From: an uncultured Dehalococcoidia bacterium
GTDB lineage: Bacteria > Chloroflexota > Dehalococcoidia > Lucifugimonadales > UBA3495
Assembly (NCBI GenBank): GCA_958296385.1
Contig: OY282494.1
Location: 2,622,981-2,686,980 of the forward strand
Length of the DNA: 64,000 nt
Reading direction: 5' to 3'
Of the stretch, positions 1 to 7,797 are shown one piece after another. Every line of letters starts with the position of its first letter. The stretch's first letter is position 1. The position numbers and the translations under genes are program-made. The notes beneath the pieces were generated by a model. That model was not told the DNA's origin. It searched no databases and was given only the letters and a program-made list of their open reading frames with translations.

Positions 1-332
1 TCGGCGCTGCGGGAGAGGCCGTTGGCGCCGCGCAGCTCGTTGCCCAGGGCCGCCAGCTGCGCTGCTTTGTCCGCAACGTCGGATACGCCAAAGGCCAAGT
101 GGTAGGGGCCGGGGCCAAAGGTGGTGAGGTACTGGCCCATGGGGGAATCCATGTCCAGCGGCTCGGTGAACTCAACGTTAGTTGGGCCTACCTTGTAAAT
201 GGCGTTTTTCATCCCGCGGGCCTCGTACACCTGAACTTTCTCCGGGGTCAGGCCGAAGTTGTCCTGGATATACTGGGCCATTGCGTCGGCATCGTGGACC
301 AGGATGCGGACGTGATGGATATAATCAAACAT
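1..332 (-). CDS. VOC/glyoxalase-family protein (methylmalonyl-CoA-epimerase-like); C-terminus runs off the left edge
   Basis: Absent from the ORF track because it is truncated. Reverse translation from ATG (332-330) gives MFDYIHHVRILVHDADAMAQYIQDNFGL...GPGPYHLAFGVSDV, a VOC-fold pattern. GGAGG lies a few nt upstream of the ATG. Confidence 0.7.
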   Translation of the reverse strand, partial: MFDYIHHVRILVHDADAMAQYIQDNFGLTPEKVQVYEARGMKNAIYKVGPTNVEFTEPLDMDSPMGQYLTTFGPGPYHLAFGVSDVADKAAQLAALGNELRGANGLSRSA

Positions 333-369
333 CTTTCCTCCAACTTGGATTAGACAGGCGGTAAGCGTA

Positions 370-1113
370 ATGACCAGCGAGAATCAATCAGATTGGAACC
401 AGTCAACATCAAGGCGGCGCATCCTGCTGGTGGGGGGGGATGAGTTTCGGGCGGCGGGGCGGGAGATGGATTGGCGTTTGCTGGCGCTGACGGGGGTGGG
501 GCGCCCGCGTGTTGCCATCATACCAACGGCGGCGGCGTTCGAGAACCCGCAGCGGGCGGCCAGCAACGGGGTAAATCATTTTGCCAGCCTGGGGGCGGAG
601 GCTATCGGGGTGGCGGTTACGGAACGGGCCGACGCCGATAATCCGGGGCTGGCCGGCCAGGTTGCCGATGCGGACGTCATCTATTTTACGGGGGGTAATC
701 CGGAGCATCTGCTGGCAACGCTGGCCGGGTCGGTGTTTCTGGAGGCGGTGCTGGCGGCTGTTGACGGAGGGGCGATACTGGCCGGTTCCAGCGCGGGGGC
801 GATGGCGCTGGGCGCAAGGATGCGGCGGCCGTCGGCACGGGGGGCGACGACGGCGGCGCTGGGGCTAATTCCGGGGGTGATGACGCTGCCGCACCACGAA
901 CGCAGCGACCCGGCGACGGTGGCATCCGAGCTGGCCGGCGGCGACACGGGCGGGCTGACGGTGCTGGGCATCGACGGGGCTACCGGGGTGCTGCTGGAAC
1001 CGGGGCGGGCAACGGCGCTGGGGGCGGGGAACGTGGCCGTCTATCGCGCCGGCGGGTGGCAGCGGTATTCTAACGGGGCGATTATTCCGGGGTTGAGCGT
1101 GGACGGGGGCTAG
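370..1113 (+). CDS. Peptidase S51 / cyanophycinase-like serine peptidase
   Basis: 247-aa ORF with YFTGGNPEHLL and AGSSAGAMALG (GxSAG nucleophile elbow), as in the S51 dipeptidase E / cyanophycinase family. Confidence 0.7.
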   Translation: MTSENQSDWNQSTSRRRILLVGGDEFRAAGREMDWRLLALTGVGRPRVAIIPTAAAFENPQRAASNGVNHFASLGAEAIGVAVTERADADNPGLAGQVADADVIYFTGGNPEHLLATLAGSVFLEAVLAAVDGGAILAGSSAGAMALGARMRRPSARGATTAALGLIPGVMTLPHHERSDPATVASELAGGDTGGLTVLGIDGATGVLLEPGRATALGAGNVAVYRAGGWQRYSNGAIIPGLSVDGG

Positions 1114-1733
1114 GCGCGGCGGGAGCGTAGTTCGTTCCATACGGCGTTGGGGGATACGCCGGCGGCGGCCATCAGGGTCAGGGTGTGGTAGAGGAGGTCG
1201 GCGATTTCGCCGGGGAGGCTGCCGGTGTCGCCGGTAGCGGCGGCGAGGGCGGTTTCGCCGGCTTCCTCAATGACCTTTTGGGCTACGCGGGCGGTGCCCT
1301 CGCTGAGCAGTTGGGCGGTGTAGCTGTCGGCGGGTTGGGCGTGCTGGCGGTCTTTGATGACGGCAAAGAGTTCGTCAAGGATGCGGGGGCCGCCGTCGGA
1401 GGGGTCGTATTCGTCGGGCAAGCCGTCCATTTTAGTGTAAAAGCAGGACACCGACCCGGTGTGGCAGGCCGGGCCGTCGGGGTCAACTTTGAGCAGGATG
1501 GTGTCGGAATCGCAGTCCACGTACCACTCGCGGAGATTGAGGTAGTTGCCGGACACTTCGCCCTTGTGCCACAAGTCCTCCTGGCTGCGGCTGTAAAACC
1601 ACACCTGGGTGCCCTCAACGGTGCGTTTCAGGGAGCCGGGGTTCATATAGCCCAGCATCAGCACCTGGCCGGTGTTGATGTCCTGGGCAATGGCCGGCAC
1701 CAGGCCCTTGTCGTCCAGTTTTACGTTGGTCAT
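1110..1733 (-). CDS. hisIE: Bifunctional phosphoribosyl-AMP cyclohydrolase / phosphoribosyl-ATP pyrophosphatase
   Basis: MTNVKLDDKGLVPAIAQD...GPACHTGSVSCF (HisI) followed by LDELFAVIKDR...SYTAQLL...EEAGE (HisE). Start ATG 1733 has GGAGG upstream. The longer track ORF (to 1943) has an implausible Pro/Cys-rich N-terminus. Confidence 0.9.
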   Translation of the reverse strand: MTNVKLDDKGLVPAIAQDINTGQVLMLGYMNPGSLKRTVEGTQVWFYSRSQEDLWHKGEVSGNYLNLREWYVDCDSDTILLKVDPDGPACHTGSVSCFYTKMDGLPDEYDPSDGGPRILDELFAVIKDRQHAQPADSYTAQLLSEGTARVAQKVIEEAGETALAAATGDTGSLPGEIADLLYHTLTLMAAAGVSPNAVWNELRSRRA

Positions 1734-1797
1734 AAGTTCCTCCGATTTGCTAACGTCATTCTCAGCGGCGCGGGGAATGACCGGGGGCGGGTGTAAG

Positions 1798-2496
1798 TCA
1801 CAGCGATTGCAGGATGGCGGGCAGTTGCAGCAGGGTTTGGATTTCGCCGTCGGGGGTGGGCAGGTCGGGATTGAGGGGGGCGCCGGCACGGTTGATCCAG
1901 ATGGCGGCCATGCCGGCGCCGTGGGCGCCCAGCACGTCCTCAAACTGCTTGTCGCCGACGTAGGCGCATTGGGACGGGTGAACTTTCAAGCGGGTGAGGG
2001 CGGCGTCAAAGAGGCGGCGGTCGGGTTTGTAGCAGCGCAGGGCTTCGGAGGATATGACGGCGGCAAAGTCGGCCGGGATGCGGGCGACGACGGGGTTGAG
2101 GTAGGAATCGTCGGCGTTGGAGATTACGGCCAGGCGGCGGTTTTGTCCGATTTGGGCCAGGGCCGGGGGCGAATCGGAAAAGAGGGGGCGTTCGCCCAGA
2201 TTGGCAATGGACTGCTGCGCGGCGGCCATAGCATCGCCAGCGAGATTCAGGCGGGCAAAGGCGGTGGCAAAAGCGCCGGCCCAGCCGTCAAGGTAGGATA
2301 TGAAAGGGGCGCCGGGGGTGGTGCGCTGCTCCCGGAAACTGCCGGCGCCGTAATCCCAGGCGTGGCGCAGGGCCTCCGGGGTGGTGTCCAGCTGCTGCGC
2401 GGCGATGATTTCGGCAAAAGTTTGACGCCAATGCTCCGGGCTGTCCTGCGCTATCGTGTTGAACATATCAAAAATTACGGTGGTGACAGCGCTCAT
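1798..2496 (-). CDS. HAD-superfamily hydrolase (subfamily IA-like)
   Basis: N-terminal VIFDMFNT (DxxxT-type motif I), ISNAD, K-x-D and YVGDKQFEDV (motif IV). Located between hisF and hisIE on the same strand. Confidence 0.75.
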   Translation of the reverse strand: MSAVTTVIFDMFNTIAQDSPEHWRQTFAEIIAAQQLDTTPEALRHAWDYGAGSFREQRTTPGAPFISYLDGWAGAFATAFARLNLAGDAMAAAQQSIANLGERPLFSDSPPALAQIGQNRRLAVISNADDSYLNPVVARIPADFAAVISSEALRCYKPDRRLFDAALTRLKVHPSQCAYVGDKQFEDVLGAHGAGMAAIWINRAGAPLNPDLPTPDGEIQTLLQLPAILQSL

Positions 2497-2526
2497 GGGC
2501 GGCCTCGCGGGGGTTGGCAGGGCGTT

Positions 2527-3351
2527 TCAGATTCGCATTGGGATGTCGCGGGCGGCCAGGTACTGCTTGGCCTCGGCGATGGAATAAGTGCCGAAATGAA
2601 AAATGCTGGCGGCAAGCACGGCGTCGGCGGCGCCGGCGATAAAGGCGTCGTAAAGATGCTCGAGGTTGCCCGCGCCGCCGCTGGCGATAACTGGGACGGA
2701 TACGGCGTGGGAGATGGCCTGGGTCAGGGCCAGGTCGTAGCCGTTGAGCTGGCCGTCCTCGTCCATGCTGGTGAGGAGGATTTCGCCGCAGCCCAGAGCG
2801 ACGGCGTGTTGGGCCCAGCGCATGGCGTCCATGCCGGTGGGGTTGCGGCCGCCGTGGGTGAAAACCTGCCAGCGGGAGTAGGGATGCAGGGCCAGCGCGG
2901 CGTTGGCGGGGGTGGGATACTGCTCGCCGGGAACGACGCGGCGGGCGTCAATGGCGACGACGATACACTGGCTGCCGAACTGGTCGGCGCCCTGGGCGAC
3001 GAGCTGCGGGGTGTTGATGGCGGCGGTGTTGATGGAAACCTTGTCGGCGCCGGCGTTGAGCAGACGGCGCACGTCGTCGATGGAACGAATCCCGCCGCCG
3101 ACGGTGAGGGGGATGAACACCTGCTCGGAAACGCGCTGCACCACGTTGACCATAGTAGCGCGGGAGTCGCTGCTGGCGGTGATGTCCAGGAACACCAGCT
3201 CATCGCCGCCGGCGGCGTCATAACGGGCGGCCAGCTCAGCCGGGTCGCCGGCGTCGCGCAGATTGACGAAACTGGCGCCCTTAACGACACGGCCCTCGTC
3301 AACGTCAAGGCAGGGGATGATACGGCGCGTCAGCAAAACAGCAGTCCACAA
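2527..3351 (-). CDS. hisF: Imidazole glycerol phosphate synthase cyclase subunit
   Basis: [17 protein letters not shown]...[11 protein letters not shown]...TVGGGIRS...[10 protein letters not shown]...ASGGAG. The start is ambiguous: GTG 3351, or TTG 3336 giving [12 protein letters not shown]. Confidence 0.92.
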   Translation of the reverse strand: MWTAVLLTRRIIPCLDVDEGRVVKGASFVNLRDAGDPAELAARYDAAGGDELVFLDITASSDSRATMVNVVQRVSEQVFIPLTVGGGIRSIDDVRRLLNAGADKVSINTAAINTPQLVAQGADQFGSQCIVVAIDARRVVPGEQYPTPANAALALHPYSRWQVFTHGGRNPTGMDAMRWAQHAVALGCGEILLTSMDEDGQLNGYDLALTQAISHAVSVPVIASGGAGNLEHLYDAFIAGAADAVLAASIFHFGTYSIAEAKQYLAARDIPMRI

Positions 3352-3479
3352 AAAAGCAATCGCAAAGGCAGTGGCAAAATCGCCAACCAGTATAGCATCC
3401 GGGCCGGATGTTGACAGCGGCTGGGGACGGGGCTAGGCTAACGCTGGTCGGGCGATGGCCCGGGTTTATGGAGGGCGTG

Positions 3480-4148
3480 ATGTCTTTTTGTGATGATATT
3501 GAACGGGAATCGGCGGCGCAGCGGGAGGCGATGGCGGAGCATCCTTTTGTGCGGGGCATCGGTGACGGCACGCTGCCGCTAGAGCGTTTCCGGCATTTCA
3601 TCACGCAGGATTACGTGTATCTGGTGGACTTTGCCCGCTGCCTGGCGATGGGGGTGGTGAAAGCGCCCGATTTGGAGACGATGGGCTGGTTTGGCCGGGC
3701 GGTGGATTACATCCTGAATACGGAGATGGACTTGCACCGCTCGTACTGCGCCACTTTCGGCATCACCGAGGCGGAGCTGGACGCGACGCGGCACGCGCCG
3801 ACGACGTATTCGTACACCAGCTATCTGCTGCGAGTGGCGCATCAGGGGACGTTTGGCGAGCTGGCGGCGGCGCTGCTGCCGTGCATCTGGGGGTACTGGC
3901 AGGTGGGCGAGCGGCTGGCCGACCGGGGGCTGCCGGAGGATGCGCCGGGCTACGTGGAGTGGATACGGATGTACGCGGCGCCGGAGCAGCGGGCGGTGGC
4001 CGAGGAATGCCGGGCCATCTGCGACCGCGCGGCGGCAACGGCGGGGCCGGCGGAACTGGCCGCGATGAAAGAGGCGTACATCACCTGCACGCGCTACGAG
4101 CAGGCGTTTTGGGAGATGGGCTGGACGCTGGAGGACTGGCCGGTTTAG
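3480..4148 (+). CDS. tenA: TenA-family aminopyrimidine aminohydrolase (thiaminase II)
   Basis: HPFVRGIGDGTLPLERFRHFITQDYVYL...LLPCIWGYWQVG...YITCTRYEQAFW, typical of TenA/PqqC-like proteins. GGAGGG lies 4-5 nt before ATG 3480; the track ORF starts earlier, at 3408. Confidence 0.8.
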   Translation: MSFCDDIERESAAQREAMAEHPFVRGIGDGTLPLERFRHFITQDYVYLVDFARCLAMGVVKAPDLETMGWFGRAVDYILNTEMDLHRSYCATFGITEAELDATRHAPTTYSYTSYLLRVAHQGTFGELAAALLPCIWGYWQVGERLADRGLPEDAPGYVEWIRMYAAPEQRAVAEECRAICDRAAATAGPAELAAMKEAYITCTRYEQAFWEMGWTLEDWPV

Positions 4149-4193
4149 GGCGATGTTCCGGGTTCCGGCGGCGCAGGATTGGCGGCGCAAGAC

Positions 4194-4268
4194 TGGTCGG
4201 GGTGGGCAGATTCGAACTGCCGATCTCCTGCTCCCAAAGCAGGCGCCTTGCCGCTAGGCCACACCCCG
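4194..4268 (-). tRNA. tRNA-Pro (anticodon UGG), CCA encoded
   Basis: The reverse complement folds by hand: acceptor CGGGGTG/CACCCCG, D stem GCCT/AGGC, anticodon stem CCTGC/GCAGG with loop TTTGGGA, T arm GGCAG-TTCGAAT-CTGCC, then ACCA. Confidence 0.85.
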
Positions 4269-4314
4269 ACGGCGCCGGCTGGCTACTGACTACGCGCAAC
4301 GCGTCAGCGTCAAG

Positions 4315-4386
4315 TACCCCCGTGGAGATTCGAACTCCAGTCTCTGGCTCCGGAGGCCAGCACTCTATCCACTGAGCTACGGGGGC
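4315..4386 (-). tRNA. tRNA-Arg (anticodon CCG), no encoded CCA
   Basis: Reverse complement is GCCCCCGTAGCTCAGTGGATAGAGTGCTGGCCTCCGGAGCCAGAGACTGGAGTTCGAATCTCCACGGGGGTA. Anticodon stem CTGGC/GCCAG with loop CTCCGGA, T arm TGGAG-TTCGAAT-CTCCA. Confidence 0.85.
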
Positions 4387-4462
4387 ACCTTAAATCGTAA
4401 CATAACCGGGGCGGGGCCGCCAAACGAATCCGGGGCGAAAGATGGGGGACTTTGACCCCGTA

Positions 4463-5686
4463 TCAAAACAGGGGTTGCTGGGGTTCGGGGGTGGGGGTGG
4501 GGTTGATGCGGCTGATGGCTTCGTACCAGTCCTCCAGCCCGTGAAAGGTGCGGTGGTTGAAGTTGCGCAGGAAGGGGTGTTCCAGGCCGTCGTCTGTCGG
4601 GTCGGCGTACATCAGCACCGGGCGGGCCGGCTCGGCGGTGTGCGAGGCGTACAGCAGCTCGGAGTACATCCCGGTGGACAGCCGCCCGCCCATGGTGATG
4701 CGGTAGGCGGCAACGCATTGGGCCTGCTCCACCATCGTCAGGTCGCGGTGGCGAATCTGATTTTCCAGGTCGTCCCACACTTCCAGCGCCTCGCCGGGGT
4801 CAAGGGACATGGGGTAGGTGGGTGGGCGGCCCTGGCTCAGGGTGCCGGCCAGTTCCAGCGGCCAGCGGGCCTCATCCTCGTACACCGTAATCCGGTCAAC
4901 GGAATCCGCGTAGGCGGTGCGCGCTTTGTCAAAGACTTCGGGCGTCCCCTCGTCCAGCGTGAGGGGGTCAAAGACGATGAACCGGCGGTGCAGTTCGGCG
5001 CGGATGCCGTCAATCAGCGCACGCAGGCCGGTGTCGTAGCGCACGGCGGTGATGGGGAAGCTGGCATAGACGAGGGGGTACTGGCGACGGCGAAAGATGA
5101 GGCGGTACAGCATTTCGGCGGGGTGCTTCAGGCCGACGACGTAGTGGGGGATGGCGCGCATTTCGTAGAGGTTGCGGGCCAGCAGGTCGGCCATGGCGAT
5201 TTCGGCGGTGCGCCAGGCCAGGATTTCCCGCAGCCGCAGCCGGAAGTTGGTATGCTGCGCGGCGTCCCGGCGCTGCAAAGCGGCGTGAATGTCCAGCATA
5301 TCGTCCACCAGCGTGATGATGCAGTCGGGCCGCCAGCGCCGGATGGTGGGGACGTCAATGAGCGAGAACTGCCGCCCGCTGGTGTAGTAGGTGAGATGGG
5401 CGTCGATGAGGCTGTGGCGGGGGTCGATAGCCTCCAGCCGCTCGGCGATTTCCAGCCCGGCCCGCTGCCAAGCCGCCAGCTGATAACGGGGGCGGAACGA
5501 CGCCAGCGAACTGGCCAAATCGTCGCCCTGCTCAGCAATGACATCCTCAACACTGGCCACCAAAACAGCGCGGGGGTCAACCGCCGGCGCCTCAGGAACA
5601 TCCCCATGAGCCGCCAGCCGCCCCAGCAAATTAGCCACCACAACCCCCTTATCCACCCCGGAAGTACCAGCCAACAAAGCGCGCAT
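4463..5686 (-). CDS. Hypothetical protein: degenerate P-loop-kinase-like N-domain fused to a nucleoside 2-deoxyribosyltransferase-like C-domain (tentative)
   Basis: 407-aa ORF with normal composition. N-terminus LLAGTSGVDKG resembles a degraded Walker A. The C-half has LVYASFPIT...FDP and GGRLSTGMYSELLYA, reminiscent of the YxAGP / DxGTxxE motifs of the deoxyribosyltransferase fold. No clear SD sequence. Confidence 0.55.
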   Translation of the reverse strand: MRALLAGTSGVDKGVVVANLLGRLAAHGDVPEAPAVDPRAVLVASVEDVIAEQGDDLASSLASFRPRYQLAAWQRAGLEIAERLEAIDPRHSLIDAHLTYYTSGRQFSLIDVPTIRRWRPDCIITLVDDMLDIHAALQRRDAAQHTNFRLRLREILAWRTAEIAMADLLARNLYEMRAIPHYVVGLKHPAEMLYRLIFRRRQYPLVYASFPITAVRYDTGLRALIDGIRAELHRRFIVFDPLTLDEGTPEVFDKARTAYADSVDRITVYEDEARWPLELAGTLSQGRPPTYPMSLDPGEALEVWDDLENQIRHRDLTMVEQAQCVAAYRITMGGRLSTGMYSELLYASHTAEPARPVLMYADPTDDGLEHPFLRNFNHRTFHGLEDWYEAISRINPTPTPEPQQPLF

Positions 5687-5983
5687 GGGGACAGGATGGG
5701 GGCAAGCGGGGGAGATGTCAAGGGGGGGATGGATGGTAGCGTTGCGTTTCAGGTGGTTTGGTTTATGAGTCCCCGGTTTTGGAGCAGTGCCAGCAGGTTG
5801 TGGGGTATCAATACCGTGCCCATCTTTTCCCAGCCGCCAAACGACCCCAGAGCCACGCCGTTTTCATCATCGTAAAGCAATCCTATAGCAACATCCCTCT
5901 CGTTGACGGCAAAGCCGGCATTTGCAGCCATCCTGCAACCAAACCACCCAAACCGAAACGCTGCCTTTGCGTTGCCGCCGCTA

Positions 5984-6012
5984 TTGACCTTAGCCGGCTG
6001 GTGTAGTATTGT
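5984..6012 (+). promoter_or_regulatory. Candidate sigma-70-type promoter for the TPP riboswitch leader
   Basis: TTGACC (5984-5989), 17-nt spacer, TATTGT (6007-6012). The riboswitch begins about 20 nt downstream. Confidence 0.45.
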
Positions 6013-6029
6013 GCTGGCACAACCGAATA

Positions 6030-6125
6030 GTTCCGGCGGGAGCTTGGGTAGCCAGGCTGAGAGGGTGGCCGCAAAGCCATCGACCGCAATACCTGATCCG
6101 GGTAATGCCGGCGTAGGGATATGCA
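6030..6125 (+). promoter_or_regulatory. TPP (THI-box) riboswitch
   Basis: GGCGGGAGC...GGCTGAGAG...ACCTGATCCGGGTAATGCCGGCGTAGGGA matches the conserved CUGAGA and ACCUGAUCNGGNUAAUGCCNGCG cores of the thiamine pyrophosphate riboswitch. Confidence 0.85.
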
Positions 6126-6138
6126 GCGCATCTTTCGT

Positions 6139-6176
6139 ACCGCCAGAATTGAACAGCCTGGCGGTTTTGCTTTCTC
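6139..6176 (+). terminator. Intrinsic terminator (riboswitch expression platform)
   Basis: Perfect 8-bp stem ACCGCCAG / CTGGCGGT (6139-6146 / 6158-6165), followed by TTTGCTTTCTCC. Lies between the aptamer and the GGAGG + ATG 6213. Confidence 0.6.
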
Positions 6177-6212
6177 CAACGCCGCCGGCCCACATCACAA
6201 CCCGGAGGCAAA

Positions 6213-7709
6213 ATGCTGGATACCGGAGTAGGCATTGCAACGGTCGTGCTGGTCTGCGCAACCTTTCTGTTCCTCGGCGTCACCTACATCGGGCGCCGCC
6301 GCCAAAGCGTGGAGGATTACACCGTCTCACGCAACCACGCCCCGGCCAACGTGGGCATCGCCACCCTGGTGGCGTCCATGTTCGGCACCTGGGTGCTGCT
6401 CAGCCCCGGCGAAACCGGCGCCAACTTTGGCATCATCTCCCTCGTCGGCTACGCCCTGGGCATCGCCGCCATACCCGTAATGTTCATGTTCGTCGGCCCC
6501 CGCATCCGCCAGCTGATGCCTAACGGCCACTCCATAACCGAGTACGTCAAACACCGCTTTGGCCTGATTCCATTCGTCGCCATCTCGGTGGTAATCATCT
6601 TCGTAATCGGCATATTCATTACCGCCGAGATGACCGCCATCACCGCCGCCGTCAGCATCCTGACCGGCTCGCCGGCGTGGGCTACCGCCGTTGCGGTGGG
6701 CGTGGTGGTGGTGGCCTACACCGCATACGGCGGCCTGCGCGTGTCCATCTACACCGACCGCATCCAGTTCTGGGTGCTGATTCCGGTGCTGCTGCTGCTG
6801 GTCATCGTCGCGGCGGTTATAGTTACCGGCGATGGCGTCTGGGATGTGGCCGGCCAGGCCGGGCTGCTGTCGGTTTCCACGCCGGGCAGCTACTACTTTG
6901 GCATCGTGCTTATCATCGGCATCGTAGCGTCCAACGCGTTCCACCCCGGAATGTGGCAGCGGGTGTACACCGTAGAGAGCCAGCGCGCGCTCAACCGCAG
7001 CCTGCTGGGCGCGGCGGCCCTGGCGATACCGATTACGTTCCTGATGGGAATGGCCGGCATCGCGGCAGTAGGCAACGGCTCCGTCGGCCCCTTCGAGTAC
7101 CCCGCAGTTGCCGCCGCCCTGTTCACCCTGGCCTCCGACGTGTTCCCCCTGTGGATGCACTTCCTGATGCTGGTCTGTGCCCTGATGCTGGCCATGAGCA
7201 CGCTGGACACCCTGATGAACGGCCTCGCCAGCGGCATCGCGGCCGACCTGGCCGGCGCCGGCATGGGGCGCAGCATCCTGATGCTGCTGGCCCGCTCCGT
7301 AACGGTAATCGTCGCAATCCCGGCCGTCATCGTCGGCGCGCAGGGCTTCAGCGTGCTGTACGTATTCCTGATTGCCGACCTGCTGGGCGCCGCCATCGCC
7401 GTGCCGATGCTGGTGGGGCTGTACTCCCGCCGGATGCCGGGCTGGGCCGTGCTGCTGTCCGGCGGCGCCGGCATCATCATCGGCGCCCTGTTCTACCCCA
7501 AACCCGACTTGATTTCGCCCTGGGCCATCGCCGCCCCCTTCGGCGGGCAAATGTTCTTCGCCTTCGCCTCGGCAGTGGTAGTGTCATCGGCAATCGCCGC
7601 CGCAGTCATCCTGCTGCGCCGCCTGGCCGCCCCCCAGCAGCAGTACGACTTCCGCATCCTCAACACCGGCGTACAGCTGATTGACGAGCCGTCAGCCGCC
7701 GACGACTAG
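6213..7709 (+). CDS. Sodium:solute symporter (SSS) family transporter, probably thiamine or thiamine-precursor uptake (ThiV-like)
   Basis: 498-aa multi-pass hydrophobic protein with an SSS-type N-terminus (EDYTVSRNHAPANVGIATLVASMFGTWVLLSPGE). Sits directly downstream of the TPP riboswitch, with a GGAGG RBS. Confidence 0.85.
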   Translation: MLDTGVGIATVVLVCATFLFLGVTYIGRRRQSVEDYTVSRNHAPANVGIATLVASMFGTWVLLSPGETGANFGIISLVGYALGIAAIPVMFMFVGPRIRQLMPNGHSITEYVKHRFGLIPFVAISVVIIFVIGIFITAEMTAITAAVSILTGSPAWATAVAVGVVVVAYTAYGGLRVSIYTDRIQFWVLIPVLLLLVIVAAVIVTGDGVWDVAGQAGLLSVSTPGSYYFGIVLIIGIVASNAFHPGMWQRVYTVESQRALNRSLLGAAALAIPITFLMGMAGIAAVGNGSVGPFEYPAVAAALFTLASDVFPLWMHFLMLVCALMLAMSTLDTLMNGLASGIAADLAGAGMGRSILMLLARSVTVIVAIPAVIVGAQGFSVLYVFLIADLLGAAIAVPMLVGLYSRRMPGWAVLLSGGAGIIIGALFYPKPDLISPWAIAAPFGGQMFFAFASAVVVSSAIAAAVILLRRLAAPQQQYDFRILNTGVQLIDEPSAADD

Positions 7710-7732
7710 CCGCGCACAACGCAGCACAACCA

Positions 7733-7768
7733 AAGGGGCGGGCTTGTAACACCCGCCCCTTATTGCAT
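7733..7768. terminator. Bidirectional intrinsic terminator between convergent genes
   Basis: Perfect 10-bp stem AAGGGGCGGG / CCCGCCCCTT (7733-7742 / 7752-7761), with A/T-rich flanks on both sides. Confidence 0.5.
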
Positions 7769-7797
7769 TGGCCCGTCATTCGGAAGGGCAAGTTGCC

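Noticed and set aside
1672-3414. 580-aa + strand ORF overlapping the hisIE, HAD and hisF genes.
   Set aside because: It is antisense to three well-supported genes and its sequence is Gly/Ala/Val-rich and featureless. Typical GC-rich shadow ORF.
4194-5700. Possible integrated element next to the tRNA-Pro/tRNA-Arg pair.
   Set aside because: No integrase, no direct repeat of a tRNA 3' end and no phage or IS genes were seen within the following 6 kb. Only the odd fusion ORF is present, and it is reported separately.
5749-6261. 170-aa minus-strand ORF in the gap between the 4463-5686 gene and the transporter. Its last ~70 aa (FGWFGCRMAANAGFAVNERDVAIGLLYDDENGVALGSFGGWEK...) faintly resemble the G-x-NE-x-G region of Ntn (C45/choloylglycine-type) hydrolases.
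   Set aside because: The N-terminal two-thirds overlap the TPP riboswitch, its promoter and its terminator on the other strand and look non-protein-like. At best it is a short relic of a degraded gene. The evidence is too thin to annotate.
6327-7550. 407-aa minus-strand ORF and other frames overlapping the SSS transporter.
   Set aside because: His/Gly/Asp/Gln-rich nonsense composition, whereas the + frame gives a clean multi-TM transporter located behind a riboswitch and RBS.
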